DNA of 64,000 nucleotides from the NCBI GenBank assembly GCA_026981975.1, contig JALSHV010000012.1, positions 6,703 to 70,702 of the forward strand, in the 5' to 3' direction. The stretch is from Aquificaceae bacterium. GTDB lineage: Bacteria; Aquificota; Aquificia; Aquificales; Aquificaceae. Below, one piece after another: positions 53,870 to 63,218 of the stretch. The notes under the pieces are model-generated. The model saw nothing but the letters and a program-made list of their open reading frames with translations, did no database searches and was not told the origin of the DNA. The first letter of the stretch is position 1; every line of letters begins with the position of its first letter. The position numbers and the translations under genes are program-made.

Positions 53870-56098
53870 ATGGGTGGTAGCTGGAAACTCCACGGTTTGA
53901 CTAAGGAAGAATACGATAAGATTGTGAACTTTCTAAAGAGAGAACCAACAGAAGTAGAACTCGGTATCTTAGGCGCTCTTTGGTCTGAACACTGTTCTTA
54001 TAAATCTTCTAAGAAACTTTTGAAAAAACTACCCTCTTCTGCAGAGTGGGTTGTGCAAGGTCCCGGTGAGAATGCGGGAGTTGTTGAAATAGACGATAAA
54101 GTCTGGATAGCTTTCAAAATAGAGAGCCACAACCACCCATCTTTTATAGAACCTTTTCACGGTGCTGCTACAGGTGTAGGCGGAATAATAAGAGATATCC
54201 TATCTATGGGAGCTAGACCTGTAGCCTTAGCGGATTCTCTGAGATTTGCAGATCCTCGGGAAGTTCTTTCAAAATCTCTGCTCAAAGGTGTTGTAGCTGG
54301 AATAAGTTTTTACGGCAATTCCGTAGGAATTCCAACTGTTGCGGGAGAAACTGTTTTTGAAGAGTGTTACAAAACTAACCCCTTGGTGAACGCTTTCTGT
54401 CTTGGAATTATGCCTGCAGGGCGTATTTATAAGGCAAGAGCGACAAGAGCTGATCAAATTCTTATTCTTATAGGATCTGCAACAGGAAGAGACGGAATTC
54501 AAGGAGCTGTAATGGCTTCAGAAGAATTAGGTGATAATGCGGAAGAAAAAAAGCCAACAGTTCAGATAGGAGATCCCTTTTTTGGAAAGAAGTTAATAGA
54601 GGCTGTTTTAGAAGTAGTGGAGAAGAATTTGGTAATAGGTATCCAAGATCTGGGAGCAGCAGGATTGGCAGGTGCTGTTTCGGAAATAGCTTCTAAGTCA
54701 AAGCTTGGGGCGGAGATATACCTTGAAAAAGTCCCCCTTAGAGAAAAGGACATGACACCTTATGAAATATTACTTTCCGAAAGTCAAGAAAGAATGCTTC
54801 TTGTAATAGAAGATGAGAACTTAAAGTCCGTAGAAGAAATAGCCACAAAATACCATTTGAGCTGTGCTGTAGTAGGAAAAACCATTGAGAGAAACAGACT
54901 GCGAGTTTTATACAGGGAAAAACCGGTAGCAGATCTGCCTGTAAGTTTAATAGTAGAAGAAGCTCCTATTTACACAAGACCAGTAGAAGAACCCTCTTAC
55001 CTTGAAAAACTCAACAGCTTTGATCAAGAATCTCTACCTATGCCAGATCTGTCCGAAGCTCTTAGAAAGATTCTCTCCTCTCCTAATATTTCTTCTAAGA
55101 GTTGGATATACAGTCAGTATGATTACCAAGTAGGAACAAATACAGTCATTAAACCCGGCGGAGACGCTGCAGTTATAAGGCTTAAATGGGTTGTTAAGCC
55201 TGAAGTTAAAACAGAAAAAGCTGTAGCCATATCTTCAGAAGGCAACGGCAGAATGGTATTACTTAACCCCTATGAAGGGGGTAAATACGTAGTCGCAGAA
55301 GCATGTAGAAACGTTGCCTGTGTAGGAGCAAAACCCTTAGCTATAACAGATTGCCTTAATTTCGGAAATCCAGAAAGACCAGATATAATGTGGCAGTTAA
55401 CTAAGACTATAGAAGGTATGGCAAAGGCTTGTGATATTCTCAGTGTTCCCGTAGTCAGTGGGAACGTATCCCTTTACAACGAAACAGTAGAAGGAGAACA
55501 TTTAAGAAATATATATCCTACCCCTGTTGTGGTTTGCGTAGGTGTCCTTGAAGATATTCGGCGGTGTGTAAACATCTATTACAGAGGAACAGCGGATTTA
55601 CTTTTAATAGGAGATATTTCAAGAGCTTCCAATGTAGGTGGAAGTGAATATCTCAAGGTAATTCACGGAAAAGTAGCGGGGAATGTTCCAAAGGTTAATC
55701 TTCAAAAGGAAAAGAAACTCATAGAGGCTCTTACAGAGCTGATAAAAAAGGATATGATACTATCCGCTCACGATATTTCCATGGGAGGTTTACTTGTAAA
55801 TGTCTTAGAGAGTCTGTTTCCTACAAAGTTAGGAGCGGAACTTGAAATTTACTCCGATGAAAGAGCGGATTTCTTCCTCTTTGCGGAAATGCCCACAAGA
55901 GTAGTCATAAGTGTTGATCCTTCAAAATCCGAAGAGATAAGGGACTTTCTGGAAGAAAGAGATTTGGAATGGATGTATATAGGTAAGGTTGTCCCTCAAA
56001 GAGTATTTAAAGTAAGTTACAACGGAAGAGATCTGCTAGAGGAAAACTTAGAAAACCTTAAGGAGGTTTGGGAAAAATCCTTAGAGGAAATTCTCTAA
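53870..56098 (+). CDS. purL: phosphoribosylformylglycinamidine synthase subunit PurL
   Basis: 742 aa. LWSEHCSYKSS, ESHNHPS and the duplicated AIRS-type domains are present. Confidence 0.95.
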   Translation: MGGSWKLHGLTKEEYDKIVNFLKREPTEVELGILGALWSEHCSYKSSKKLLKKLPSSAEWVVQGPGENAGVVEIDDKVWIAFKIESHNHPSFIEPFHGAATGVGGIIRDILSMGARPVALADSLRFADPREVLSKSLLKGVVAGISFYGNSVGIPTVAGETVFEECYKTNPLVNAFCLGIMPAGRIYKARATRADQILILIGSATGRDGIQGAVMASEELGDNAEEKKPTVQIGDPFFGKKLIEAVLEVVEKNLVIGIQDLGAAGLAGAVSEIASKSKLGAEIYLEKVPLREKDMTPYEILLSESQERMLLVIEDENLKSVEEIATKYHLSCAVVGKTIERNRLRVLYREKPVADLPVSLIVEEAPIYTRPVEEPSYLEKLNSFDQESLPMPDLSEALRKILSSPNISSKSWIYSQYDYQVGTNTVIKPGGDAAVIRLKWVVKPEVKTEKAVAISSEGNGRMVLLNPYEGGKYVVAEACRNVACVGAKPLAITDCLNFGNPERPDIMWQLTKTIEGMAKACDILSVPVVSGNVSLYNETVEGEHLRNIYPTPVVVCVGVLEDIRRCVNIYYRGTADLLLIGDISRASNVGGSEYLKVIHGKVAGNVPKVNLQKEKKLIEALTELIKKDMILSAHDISMGGLLVNVLESLFPTKLGAELEIYSDERADFFLFAEMPTRVVISVDPSKSEEIRDFLEERDLEWMYIGKVVPQRVFKVSYNGRDLLEENLENLKEVWEKSLEEIL

Positions 56099-56538
56099 TA
56101 TACTTGCTCACACTTATCAGTGTTGTCTTCGTAGATCTGTTTACAAAAAAGATAGCGGAGGAGTATTTTTCAACCAAAAGCTATGAACCCCTTCCTTTCC
56201 TTAAGCTGTTTCTTATATACAACAGAGGTGCGGCGTTCGGTATTTTTGCGGATTCTCCTGACTGGTTGAGAATTCCACTGCTTCTTATAATTCCTATTAT
56301 TGCTTTTGTTGTAACCTACGTTTATGCCAGACGCAGCTCGGAGATGAAAAACGCTTTTATTATGGGGTTGATAGGAGGCGGTGCTTTGGGAAATCTTCAC
56401 GATAGAATCCTTTTCGGAAAAGTAAGGGATTTCCTTCATCTTCATATAGGTGAGTTTTACTGGCCCGCTTTTAATTTGGCAGATGTTTCAATAACCACCG
56501 CTCTTATCTTGTTTATTTACAGATCTCTGAAAAGGTAA
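56068..56538 (+). CDS. lspA: lipoprotein signal peptidase (signal peptidase II)
   Basis: VDLFTKK, NRGAAFG and FNLADVSI are present. The start is uncertain: TTG 56068 overlaps purL by 31 nt, and TTG 56104 is an alternative. Confidence 0.85.
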   Translation: MGKILRGNSLIYLLTLISVVFVDLFTKKIAEEYFSTKSYEPLPFLKLFLIYNRGAAFGIFADSPDWLRIPLLLIIPIIAFVVTYVYARRSSEMKNAFIMGLIGGGALGNLHDRILFGKVRDFLHLHIGEFYWPAFNLADVSITTALILFIYRSLKR

Positions 56539-56539
56539 G

Positions 56540-56977
56540 TTAGGACTCTCCTATATCTTCTCTCTCTATTTCTATGTCCTCTGTTAGGAAAGGTTCAAAA
56601 CCGTAAGAAGGCATAAATGTGCCAGATTTTCTCTCCATTTCCTCAGCGCAGGAAGCACAATACCTTGTCCACGGTATAGCTTTAAGCCGTTCCAAGGAAA
56701 TCTCCGCACCGCAGTTCTCACATATACCGTAAGCTCCGCTTTCTATTTTTCTCAAGGCAAGATCTATTTCTTTTAAGGTATTTATCTCTATTTGTGATAG
56801 ATTATCCAGAAGCTCTTCCGTATACGTCATTTGACCTATATCTTCCCAATCGCGTGGTTCTTTGGACTCTTCTTCAAGCCTTTGTTGAGTCTCTTCCTTG
56901 GCAAAGTATCTTTCAAGTATCTTGGATTTCTCTTCCAATAGACGCCTTTTACAATCCTCCAGATTTCTTTTGTCCAT
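56540..56977 (-). CDS. DksA/TraR-family C4 zinc-finger protein, second paralog with acidic C-terminal tail
   Basis: 145 aa. The finger is CENCGAEISLERLKAIPWTRYCASC. The tip-like motif is DWEDIG (DxxDxG). About 35 extra C-terminal residues end in EDIEIEREDIGES. Confidence 0.7.
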   Translation of the reverse strand: MDKRNLEDCKRRLLEEKSKILERYFAKEETQQRLEEESKEPRDWEDIGQMTYTEELLDNLSQIEINTLKEIDLALRKIESGAYGICENCGAEISLERLKAIPWTRYCASCAEEMERKSGTFMPSYGFEPFLTEDIEIEREDIGES

Positions 56978-57043
56978 GACCTCCTCCTTATCTGAGCAAC
57001 TTTAAAAAGATATAATATTATAGTTAATCCGTTGAAGTTAAGT

Positions 57044-59224
57044 ATGCATAAAAAAATACTTGTATACCTGTTTATTTCAGCGGGGATTTTTCTAATAATT
57101 CTTACACTGTATCTGTTCCTTCTGTATATAAACCTTCCAAACGTAAAGTTATTGGAAAGCTGGACACCTCCTCAGGCGTCGGTAGTTTACGATTACAGAA
57201 ACAGATACTACGGAGATATAGGGGTTCAGAAAAGGTATTACGTCAAAATAGAAAACATACCTCAAAAACTGATCTACGCTTTTATAGCGGCGGAAGATAG
57301 AAATTTCTTCAAGCATTCGGGAATAGATATTTCAGCTATACTAAGAGCTTTTGTAGCGAATCTAAAAGCTGGAAGAATTGTGCAGGGCGGAAGCACAATA
57401 ACCCAACAACTTGCAAAAAACCTGTTCCTCACAAGAGAAAGGACCTTGGGAAGGAAGATAAGAGAAGCTCTCCTTGCTTTTAAAATAGAAAGAACCTTTG
57501 ATAAAAACAAAATTCTGGAATTGTATTTAAACCAGATATACTTGGGTAACGGAGCTTACGGCGTAGAAGCCGCTTCAAGAGTCTATTTTGGAAAATCCGT
57601 AGCCGATCTGACGTTAGAAGAATCCGCCTTGCTTGCTGGACTTCCAAAAGCTCCTTCCCGATTTAATCCTTTTGTAAATCCCGAATTAGCTAAGAAAAGA
57701 AGAGATTACGTTCTCCACCGTATGTTAGAAGAAGGTTACATAACCAGAGAAGAATACGAAGTTGCAGTAAGCAAACCCGTTATAGTAAGAAAGGAAAACA
57801 GATACATTATGTCCGATTACATACTGGATATGGTTAAAGGATATCTTACGGATAAATACGGAGACATAGCCCTGCAAGGTGGATTGAAGATATACTTAAC
57901 AATTGACAAAGATCTTCAGAGTATCGCTGTAAGATCTCTGAAGAAAGGCTTGAAAAGAATAGCACGTATGAACGGTATTCCATTCCTTCCAGAAACGGAA
58001 AAAGATATGGAAGAGTATTACAAAATCCAAGATACCGATCTTGTGGAAGGCAAGGTTTACGTTGCCAAGATTAAAAGGGAAGGTGATAAGGTAAAAGTGC
58101 AATTAGGAGAGCATTTATTTTCCATAGATACCTCAGGATTGCCGTTGAGTGACAGGGAGTATATTTTCGTCAGAATAAAAGGGGAAAATGGAAAACCAAA
58201 AGCGGAATTCGTTCCCGACCTTCAGGGAGCACTTGTCAGCTTAGATGTTCAAACAGGAGCAATAAGAGCCTTAGTGGGAGGATATTCCTACGCTTACAGT
58301 CCCTTTAACAGAGCTTTATACGCAAAGAGACAACCGGGATCCGCTATAAAGCCTGTTATATACATGGCTGCACTTTTAAAGGGAGAAACTCAGATATCGT
58401 CCATTGATGCAAGACCAAGAACCTTTTACGATCCTACTACAGGGCAAGAGTGGACACCGAAAAATTACGATGATAAGGAGTATTCTGTTGTTACCTTAAG
58501 GAAGGCTCTTGCCAAAAGTATAAACACAGCTACTGTCAATCTATTGGATAAACTGGGTTTTGAAGTGGTTCTCCACGTAGGTGATAAGGTAGGACTTAGT
58601 GATTTGAAGCCTTACTATTCCTTAGCCTTGGGAACTGTGGAGGTAACTCCTTTGGAACTCACTTCCGCTTATCAAGTTTTTGCCAATTTGGGAATCCGCT
58701 GTGAACCTTATCTTATAAGGAAAATAGTTGATCAAAAAGGTAACGTTCTTGAAGAGAACAGTCCGCGCTGTGAAAGAGTCTTGCCTCCTCAAGAAACAAG
58801 GGTATTGGTAGATATGTTAAGAGCTGTCATTCTTGAAGGAACAGGGAGATCCGCTAAGAGTATGCAGAGAATAGTAGCGGGTAAAACAGGCACTACTGAT
58901 GAGTATATGGACGCGTGGTTTATAGGTTTCTCCCCTTACATATCCGCAGGAGTGTGGGTAGGCTACGATATAAAAAAATCGCTCGGAAACAGAATGTCGG
59001 GAGCAAGGGTAGCTTTGCCTATATGGAAGGATTTCATGAGTGTGGCAGCTGCTAAATACCCAGACGATGACTTCCCTCTCCCAGAAGGAACAGTTGTTGT
59101 TCCGATAAATCCTAAGGATTACGTAATAGCAGATGAAACTTGTGATGGAGTAGATATGGTCTTCGTAGAAGGAACACAACCCAAACTTACCTGTTCCGAT
59201 CTTAAGGGTATATTTGGACTTTAA
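57044..59224 (+). CDS. mrcA: class A penicillin-binding protein (PBP1A; glycosyltransferase + transpeptidase)
   Basis: Glycosyltransferase motifs are EDRNFFKHSGID and GGSTITQQ. Transpeptidase motifs are SAIKP (SxxK), SIN (SxN) and KTGTT. ATG 57044 is preferred over TTG 57032. Confidence 0.92.
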   Translation: MHKKILVYLFISAGIFLIILTLYLFLLYINLPNVKLLESWTPPQASVVYDYRNRYYGDIGVQKRYYVKIENIPQKLIYAFIAAEDRNFFKHSGIDISAILRAFVANLKAGRIVQGGSTITQQLAKNLFLTRERTLGRKIREALLAFKIERTFDKNKILELYLNQIYLGNGAYGVEAASRVYFGKSVADLTLEESALLAGLPKAPSRFNPFVNPELAKKRRDYVLHRMLEEGYITREEYEVAVSKPVIVRKENRYIMSDYILDMVKGYLTDKYGDIALQGGLKIYLTIDKDLQSIAVRSLKKGLKRIARMNGIPFLPETEKDMEEYYKIQDTDLVEGKVYVAKIKREGDKVKVQLGEHLFSIDTSGLPLSDREYIFVRIKGENGKPKAEFVPDLQGALVSLDVQTGAIRALVGGYSYAYSPFNRALYAKRQPGSAIKPVIYMAALLKGETQISSIDARPRTFYDPTTGQEWTPKNYDDKEYSVVTLRKALAKSINTATVNLLDKLGFEVVLHVGDKVGLSDLKPYYSLALGTVEVTPLELTSAYQVFANLGIRCEPYLIRKIVDQKGNVLEENSPRCERVLPPQETRVLVDMLRAVILEGTGRSAKSMQRIVAGKTGTTDEYMDAWFIGFSPYISAGVWVGYDIKKSLGNRMSGARVALPIWKDFMSVAAAKYPDDDFPLPEGTVVVPINPKDYVIADETCDGVDMVFVEGTQPKLTCSDLKGIFGL

Positions 59225-59244
59225 GAGCTGGTATATTTTCTCTT

Positions 59245-59871
59245 ATGGTTTTAAAAGTAATCCCTGTAGGTCCCTTAGAGGTAAACTGTGTAATTCTGGA
59301 AAGAAAAGGAAAAGCTCTTGTAGTTGATCCCGGTGCGGAAGGAAAAAAAATAGTAAATCAAATAGATGATCTTGAAGTGATCGGTATAATCTGCACCCAC
59401 GGACATATAGATCACACCGGTCAAGTGGGATTTCTAAAAGATGTATACAGCGTTCCCTTCTACCTGCACAGAGAAGATACTTTTCTGCTCAACAACGAAA
59501 TATGGGGAGGATTTGGAAATTACATAGGAGCTGTTTCCTGCCCTCAGCCAGATGTATTCTTGGAAGAAGGTATGAGTATTCCCCTTGCCGATTTAACTCT
59601 CAAAGTTATACACTCTCCCGGACACACACCGGGTTCTTGTTTGCTTTACTTAGAGGATTTCAGAGTGCTTATAACCGGAGACCTTATATTTAAGGGAAGT
59701 GTGGGACGATGGGATTTACCCGGAGGTGATCTGCGGAAATTAAAGAAATCTCTTAATAAGATTTTAAAAGAATTCCCGGAAGATACACTTATGATATGCG
59801 GGCATTACGAAGAAACACTCTTAGAAATTGAAAAGAAATCAAATCCCTATTTGATCGGAGACTTAATATGA
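59245..59871 (+). CDS. MBL-fold metallo-hydrolase (glyoxalase II-like)
   Basis: 208 aa. THGHIDH (HxHxDH), HSPGHTPGS and CGHYE are present. Confidence 0.85.
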   Translation: MVLKVIPVGPLEVNCVILERKGKALVVDPGAEGKKIVNQIDDLEVIGIICTHGHIDHTGQVGFLKDVYSVPFYLHREDTFLLNNEIWGGFGNYIGAVSCPQPDVFLEEGMSIPLADLTLKVIHSPGHTPGSCLLYLEDFRVLITGDLIFKGSVGRWDLPGGDLRKLKKSLNKILKEFPEDTLMICGHYEETLLEIEKKSNPYLIGDLI

Positions 59872-60629
59872 ACGAAGTTGTTGTTAAAGTAGAAAAGCTC
59901 TATAAGGAGATAGAAGGAAGAAAGATTCTCAAAGGTGTTTCCTTTGAGGTGAGGAAAGGGGAGATATATTCAATAATAGGAGGTAGCGGTAGCGGTAAAA
60001 CATCTATAACAAAACACCTTGTAGGCTTATGGAAACCTACGTCGGGGAAGGTGTGGGTTTTCGGTAAAGAAGTGGCTACTTTATCCCAGCGGGAGTTAGA
60101 TGAACTCAGAAAGAACATAGGTTATGTATTTCAAGAAGGTGCTCTTTTTGATAGTCTGAGGGTATGGGAAAACGTGGGCTTTTACTTTCTGGAGCATACA
60201 AACATGAAAACTGAAGATATAAAAAAGATCGCTTTGAGCAAGCTTAAGTTAGTTGATCTTGAAGAGGATATTATGGATCTTATGCCTTCGGAACTTTCAG
60301 GAGGTATGAGGAAAAGGGTTTCCATTGCCAGAGCAATAGCTACGAATCCGCATTTGATAATATACGATGAACCTACCTCTGGTTTAGATCCGATAACCAG
60401 CAGACTAATAGACAAACTCATACTTCAACTCAGAGATAAAACGGGAAGCACCGCAATTGTTGTAACTCATGATATGCTTTCAGCTTTCACTATATCCGAT
60501 AGAATTCTGATTTTAAGAAAAGGTGAGGTAGTAACAGAAGGGAAACCTGAAGAAATTGTAAATTCAACTGATCCTTTTGTCAGAGAATTCATAGAAAGCG
60601 GTTTCCCTCTTAGGGATAGGATTATCTGA
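59868..60629 (+). CDS. ABC transporter ATP-binding protein (MlaF-like)
   Basis: 253 aa. Walker A is GGSGSGKTS, the signature is LSGGMRKRV and Walker B is LIIYDEPTSGLD. No permease gene is adjacent. Confidence 0.88.
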   Translation: MNEVVVKVEKLYKEIEGRKILKGVSFEVRKGEIYSIIGGSGSGKTSITKHLVGLWKPTSGKVWVFGKEVATLSQRELDELRKNIGYVFQEGALFDSLRVWENVGFYFLEHTNMKTEDIKKIALSKLKLVDLEEDIMDLMPSELSGGMRKRVSIARAIATNPHLIIYDEPTSGLDPITSRLIDKLILQLRDKTGSTAIVVTHDMLSAFTISDRILILRKGEVVTEGKPEEIVNSTDPFVREFIESGFPLRDRII

Positions 60630-61811
60630 GAAAATCCGCTCAAGGGTAGGGTAGTCGTTTCTTACTCCTTTTGACAGTAAGATTTGAAACAGATGATTAC
60701 TTCCCACGTAAAAAGAAACAGCGGAGGAAAGTAAGTATAAGTTCCACATTCTCAGAAAAACGCTTCCATACATTTCCCACACTCTTCCCGCGTTTTTCCA
60801 AAAACGTTTATACCACTCTTTTAAAGTTCTGTAGTAGTGAGGTCTCCAATCGTCTATATCAATAAGGGAAAAATCTGTTCCCTCAAAGGCGCTGATAATT
60901 TCAACAAGGCTGGGTATGTATCCGCCGGGAAAGATATACTTTCTGATCCACCTGCTCTGGCTACTTTCATGAACCTTACCTATGGTATGAAGTAGAAAAA
61001 GACCTTCATCTTCCAATACTTTTTCTACTATTCTGAAAAAAAGGCGGTAATTTTCTACACCTACATGCTCAAACATACCCACGGAAACCACTTTGTTGAA
61101 TTTCTCCCCAAGTGTTGGCAGATCACAGTAATGCATAAGATGAACTTCTACCTTGCCTTCAAGTCCCCGTTTTTTTATCTCTTCTTTTACGTAGTGGTAT
61201 TGGTTTTCTGAAAGAGTTATTCCCACAGCTTTTACATCAAACAGTTCCGCACTTTCTACTATAAGAGATCCCCAACCACAACCTATATCCAGAAGTTTAT
61301 CCCCTGCCTTTAACTGCAGTTTCTTGTAAATTACTTCCCTTTTTTTTCTCTGAGCTTCCTCAAGATTCAAATGAGAAGGACTGAAGTAGGCGCAGGAATA
61401 AGTAAGGGACTTGTCAAGCCACAACTTGTAAAAATCATTCCCAAGATCGTAGTGTTTTTTTATATTCTCTCTCTCCCTGATCCTGTTTAAAAGAATCCCG
61501 CTTCCTATCCTGAAAAGTTTCCATTTAAGACCTTTTTCCCTTTCCATTTTGTTTATATACCTTATCCCTGCAATAAGGACTTTTTCTAAATCACCCTCTA
61601 CTTCTATTTCTCCTCTCATATAACCTTCTCCGAATCCCATTTCCAAATCTTTCAGGGTTTCTTTAAAGGCTCTTTTGCTCTTGAAAACTATCCTGTGATC
61701 AGTTGATTTATGGGGAACAGCTGTGCCTTCGGGTAGAATAATCCCTATACTCTCTTGTGCTTCCGAATTGAGTTCTTCAATGATTTCCTCCAAAAGACTT
61801 AACTTTAACAT
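60564..61811 (-). CDS. cfa: cyclopropane-fatty-acyl-phospholipid synthase
   Basis: 415 aa. HYDLGNDFY and the SAM motif LLDIGCGWGSL are present. The C-terminal roughly 22 aa extend past where E. coli Cfa ends and overlap the convergent ABC gene. Confidence 0.88.
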   Translation of the reverse strand: MLKLSLLEEIIEELNSEAQESIGIILPEGTAVPHKSTDHRIVFKSKRAFKETLKDLEMGFGEGYMRGEIEVEGDLEKVLIAGIRYINKMEREKGLKWKLFRIGSGILLNRIRERENIKKHYDLGNDFYKLWLDKSLTYSCAYFSPSHLNLEEAQRKKREVIYKKLQLKAGDKLLDIGCGWGSLIVESAELFDVKAVGITLSENQYHYVKEEIKKRGLEGKVEVHLMHYCDLPTLGEKFNKVVSVGMFEHVGVENYRLFFRIVEKVLEDEGLFLLHTIGKVHESSQSRWIRKYIFPGGYIPSLVEIISAFEGTDFSLIDIDDWRPHYYRTLKEWYKRFWKNAGRVWEMYGSVFLRMWNLYLLSSAVSFYVGSNHLFQILLSKGVRNDYPTLERIFSDNPIPKRETAFYEFSDKRIS

Positions 61812-61859
61812 GGAACCTCCCTCCTAATAATTTAAATATAGTTTTGTTTTGAAATATCA

Positions 61860-62504
61860 CTATCCTCCGCATCTTATCACCTCAGCTACGAAAGGGATTA
61901 CTCCTTCTTTTAGCATTTCCAATTTCTTAGCCGCACCGTAGGAAAGATCAAGTTCTCTTCCTCTTATATACGGTCCTCTATCTAACACCTTAACTTTTAC
62001 ACTTTTTCCGTTTTTCAAATTCTTAACTAAGAGAATAGTTCCGATGGGAAGAGTTCTGTGAGCAGCTGTGTAACTGTGCATATTAAAGCGGTTTCCCGCT
62101 GCAGTTTTTCTACCGTGAAACTTAGGACCATACCAAGAAGCTAAACCTTTTATACGCTTAGGACATCGGCGAATTCCGTTGTCTCCGCATCTTAGAACTT
62201 CCACCTTTACAAAGATATTCTCTTTCCCGAAGATCCTTTTAAACTTCTTAGGAATACATATTCCTTTTATTCTTCTGTTGAATCTAACAGATAGGATCAA
62301 GCTTTTGCGAGTTTTAGGATCGGTTATTCTAACCCTACTTAAGTGTTGTATTCTGTCGGAGTAAGCGTAGAAACCGGAGCAGAATTTCAACTTCATGTAT
62401 GCTGTTTTAGGACAGGGAGCTGAAAGATCACCGTAACGCATGGATTTTATCGGCGGACTGCAGGATATTACTAAGGCTATAAGGGTTAGAACTGCTAAAA
62501 CCAT
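61860..62504 (-). CDS. rlpA: RlpA-family lipoprotein (double-psi beta-barrel, septal lytic transglycosylase-like)
   Basis: 214 aa. The lipobox is LVISCS. The DPBB block is ASWYGPKFHGRKTAAGNRFNMHSYTAAHRTLPIGTILLVKNLKNGKSVKVKVLDRGPY. I do not recognise the roughly 110-aa N-terminal region. Confidence 0.8.
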   Translation of the reverse strand: MVLAVLTLIALVISCSPPIKSMRYGDLSAPCPKTAYMKLKFCSGFYAYSDRIQHLSRVRITDPKTRKSLILSVRFNRRIKGICIPKKFKRIFGKENIFVKVEVLRCGDNGIRRCPKRIKGLASWYGPKFHGRKTAAGNRFNMHSYTAAHRTLPIGTILLVKNLKNGKSVKVKVLDRGPYIRGRELDLSYGAAKKLEMLKEGVIPFVAEVIRCGG

Positions 62505-62512
62505 AAAGATAA

Positions 62513-62953
62513 CTAATACTTATTCGTGATAAAATCCGCAACTGTGGAAGCAGCTATTGCTTCAGGTTTTAGAACAGGTGTCAACCCTTGTGCCAGAACG
62601 TATCCCACAGCTTCTTTGACTATAACACTTGATCTGTGATCCGGGTTCGGATTTATATCCAAGTGAACTTCAAATGGCCTGTTTCCTACAGCTTCCGCAA
62701 TGGACATCGCAACGTAAACAGCTCTGTTTACTTCTTCAAAAAGTCGCTGGCGAATTGAAGTTATCCTCTCAACTTTTTCTATTTGCCAAAAGACTTTTGC
62801 ACCGTTATTGGAATTTATATGAACAACAACTACCGTTACAAAAACAGTTTTATTTCTGAATTGGCGGGAATCACAACCTACGTAAACCGCACTGGAAGAG
62901 GAAGAGTTCCTTATAAATTCTTTAACCTCTTCCATATCAATTATTTCGGGCAT
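62513..62953 (-). CDS. YkuK/DUF458-family RNase H-like fold protein
   Basis: 146 aa. VGCDSRQ, VHINSNNGAKVFW and IRQRLFEE parallel B. subtilis YkuK (IGTDSQ, IHRVGKGARFFY, LRQRIYTE) as I recall it. Confidence 0.55.
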   Translation of the reverse strand: MPEIIDMEEVKEFIRNSSSSSAVYVGCDSRQFRNKTVFVTVVVVHINSNNGAKVFWQIEKVERITSIRQRLFEEVNRAVYVAMSIAEAVGNRPFEVHLDINPNPDHRSSVIVKEAVGYVLAQGLTPVLKPEAIAASTVADFITNKY

Positions 62954-62957
62954 TTGC

Positions 62958-63218
62958 CTACTTCTCCTTGGAGAATCCTTCCAAGAAATCCCTAAGGCTA
63001 TTGCCTACTTTATTTACTCCTTCTCTTGCCTTGCAAAGCATTTTATCAAGTTTGCAACGGGCTTCACAACCTTTACGTTTAGTCTCATCTAAGGTAAACT
63101 CCTGAACGCAATCAAAAACACATTTTTTGTAATTTGCTTCACACTTATCTAAGAGTGTTTGTCCGTAAACAACTCCCGTAAGAACAGCAAACAGGAAAAG
63201 GAATTTCATTTTTTTCAT
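62958..63218 (-). CDS. small secreted six-cysteine protein (86 aa)
   Basis: It has a signal peptide (LFLFAVLTGVVYG). The mature part has the pattern C-x6-C-x3-C-x13-C-x3-C-x6-C. It is tightly packed in the operon, with a 4-nt overlap upstream and a 4-nt gap downstream. Confidence 0.5.
   Translation of the reverse strand: MKKMKFLFLFAVLTGVVYGQTLLDKCEANYKKCVFDCVQEFTLDETKRKGCEARCKLDKMLCKAREGVNKVGNSLRDFLEGFSKEK

Noticed and set aside
60564-60629. The 66-nt convergent overlap of cfa and the ABC ATPase as evidence of a frameshift or pseudogene
   Set aside because: Both proteins are full length with all motifs intact. Only the non-conserved Cfa tail is involved, so a late stop codon is the simplest explanation.
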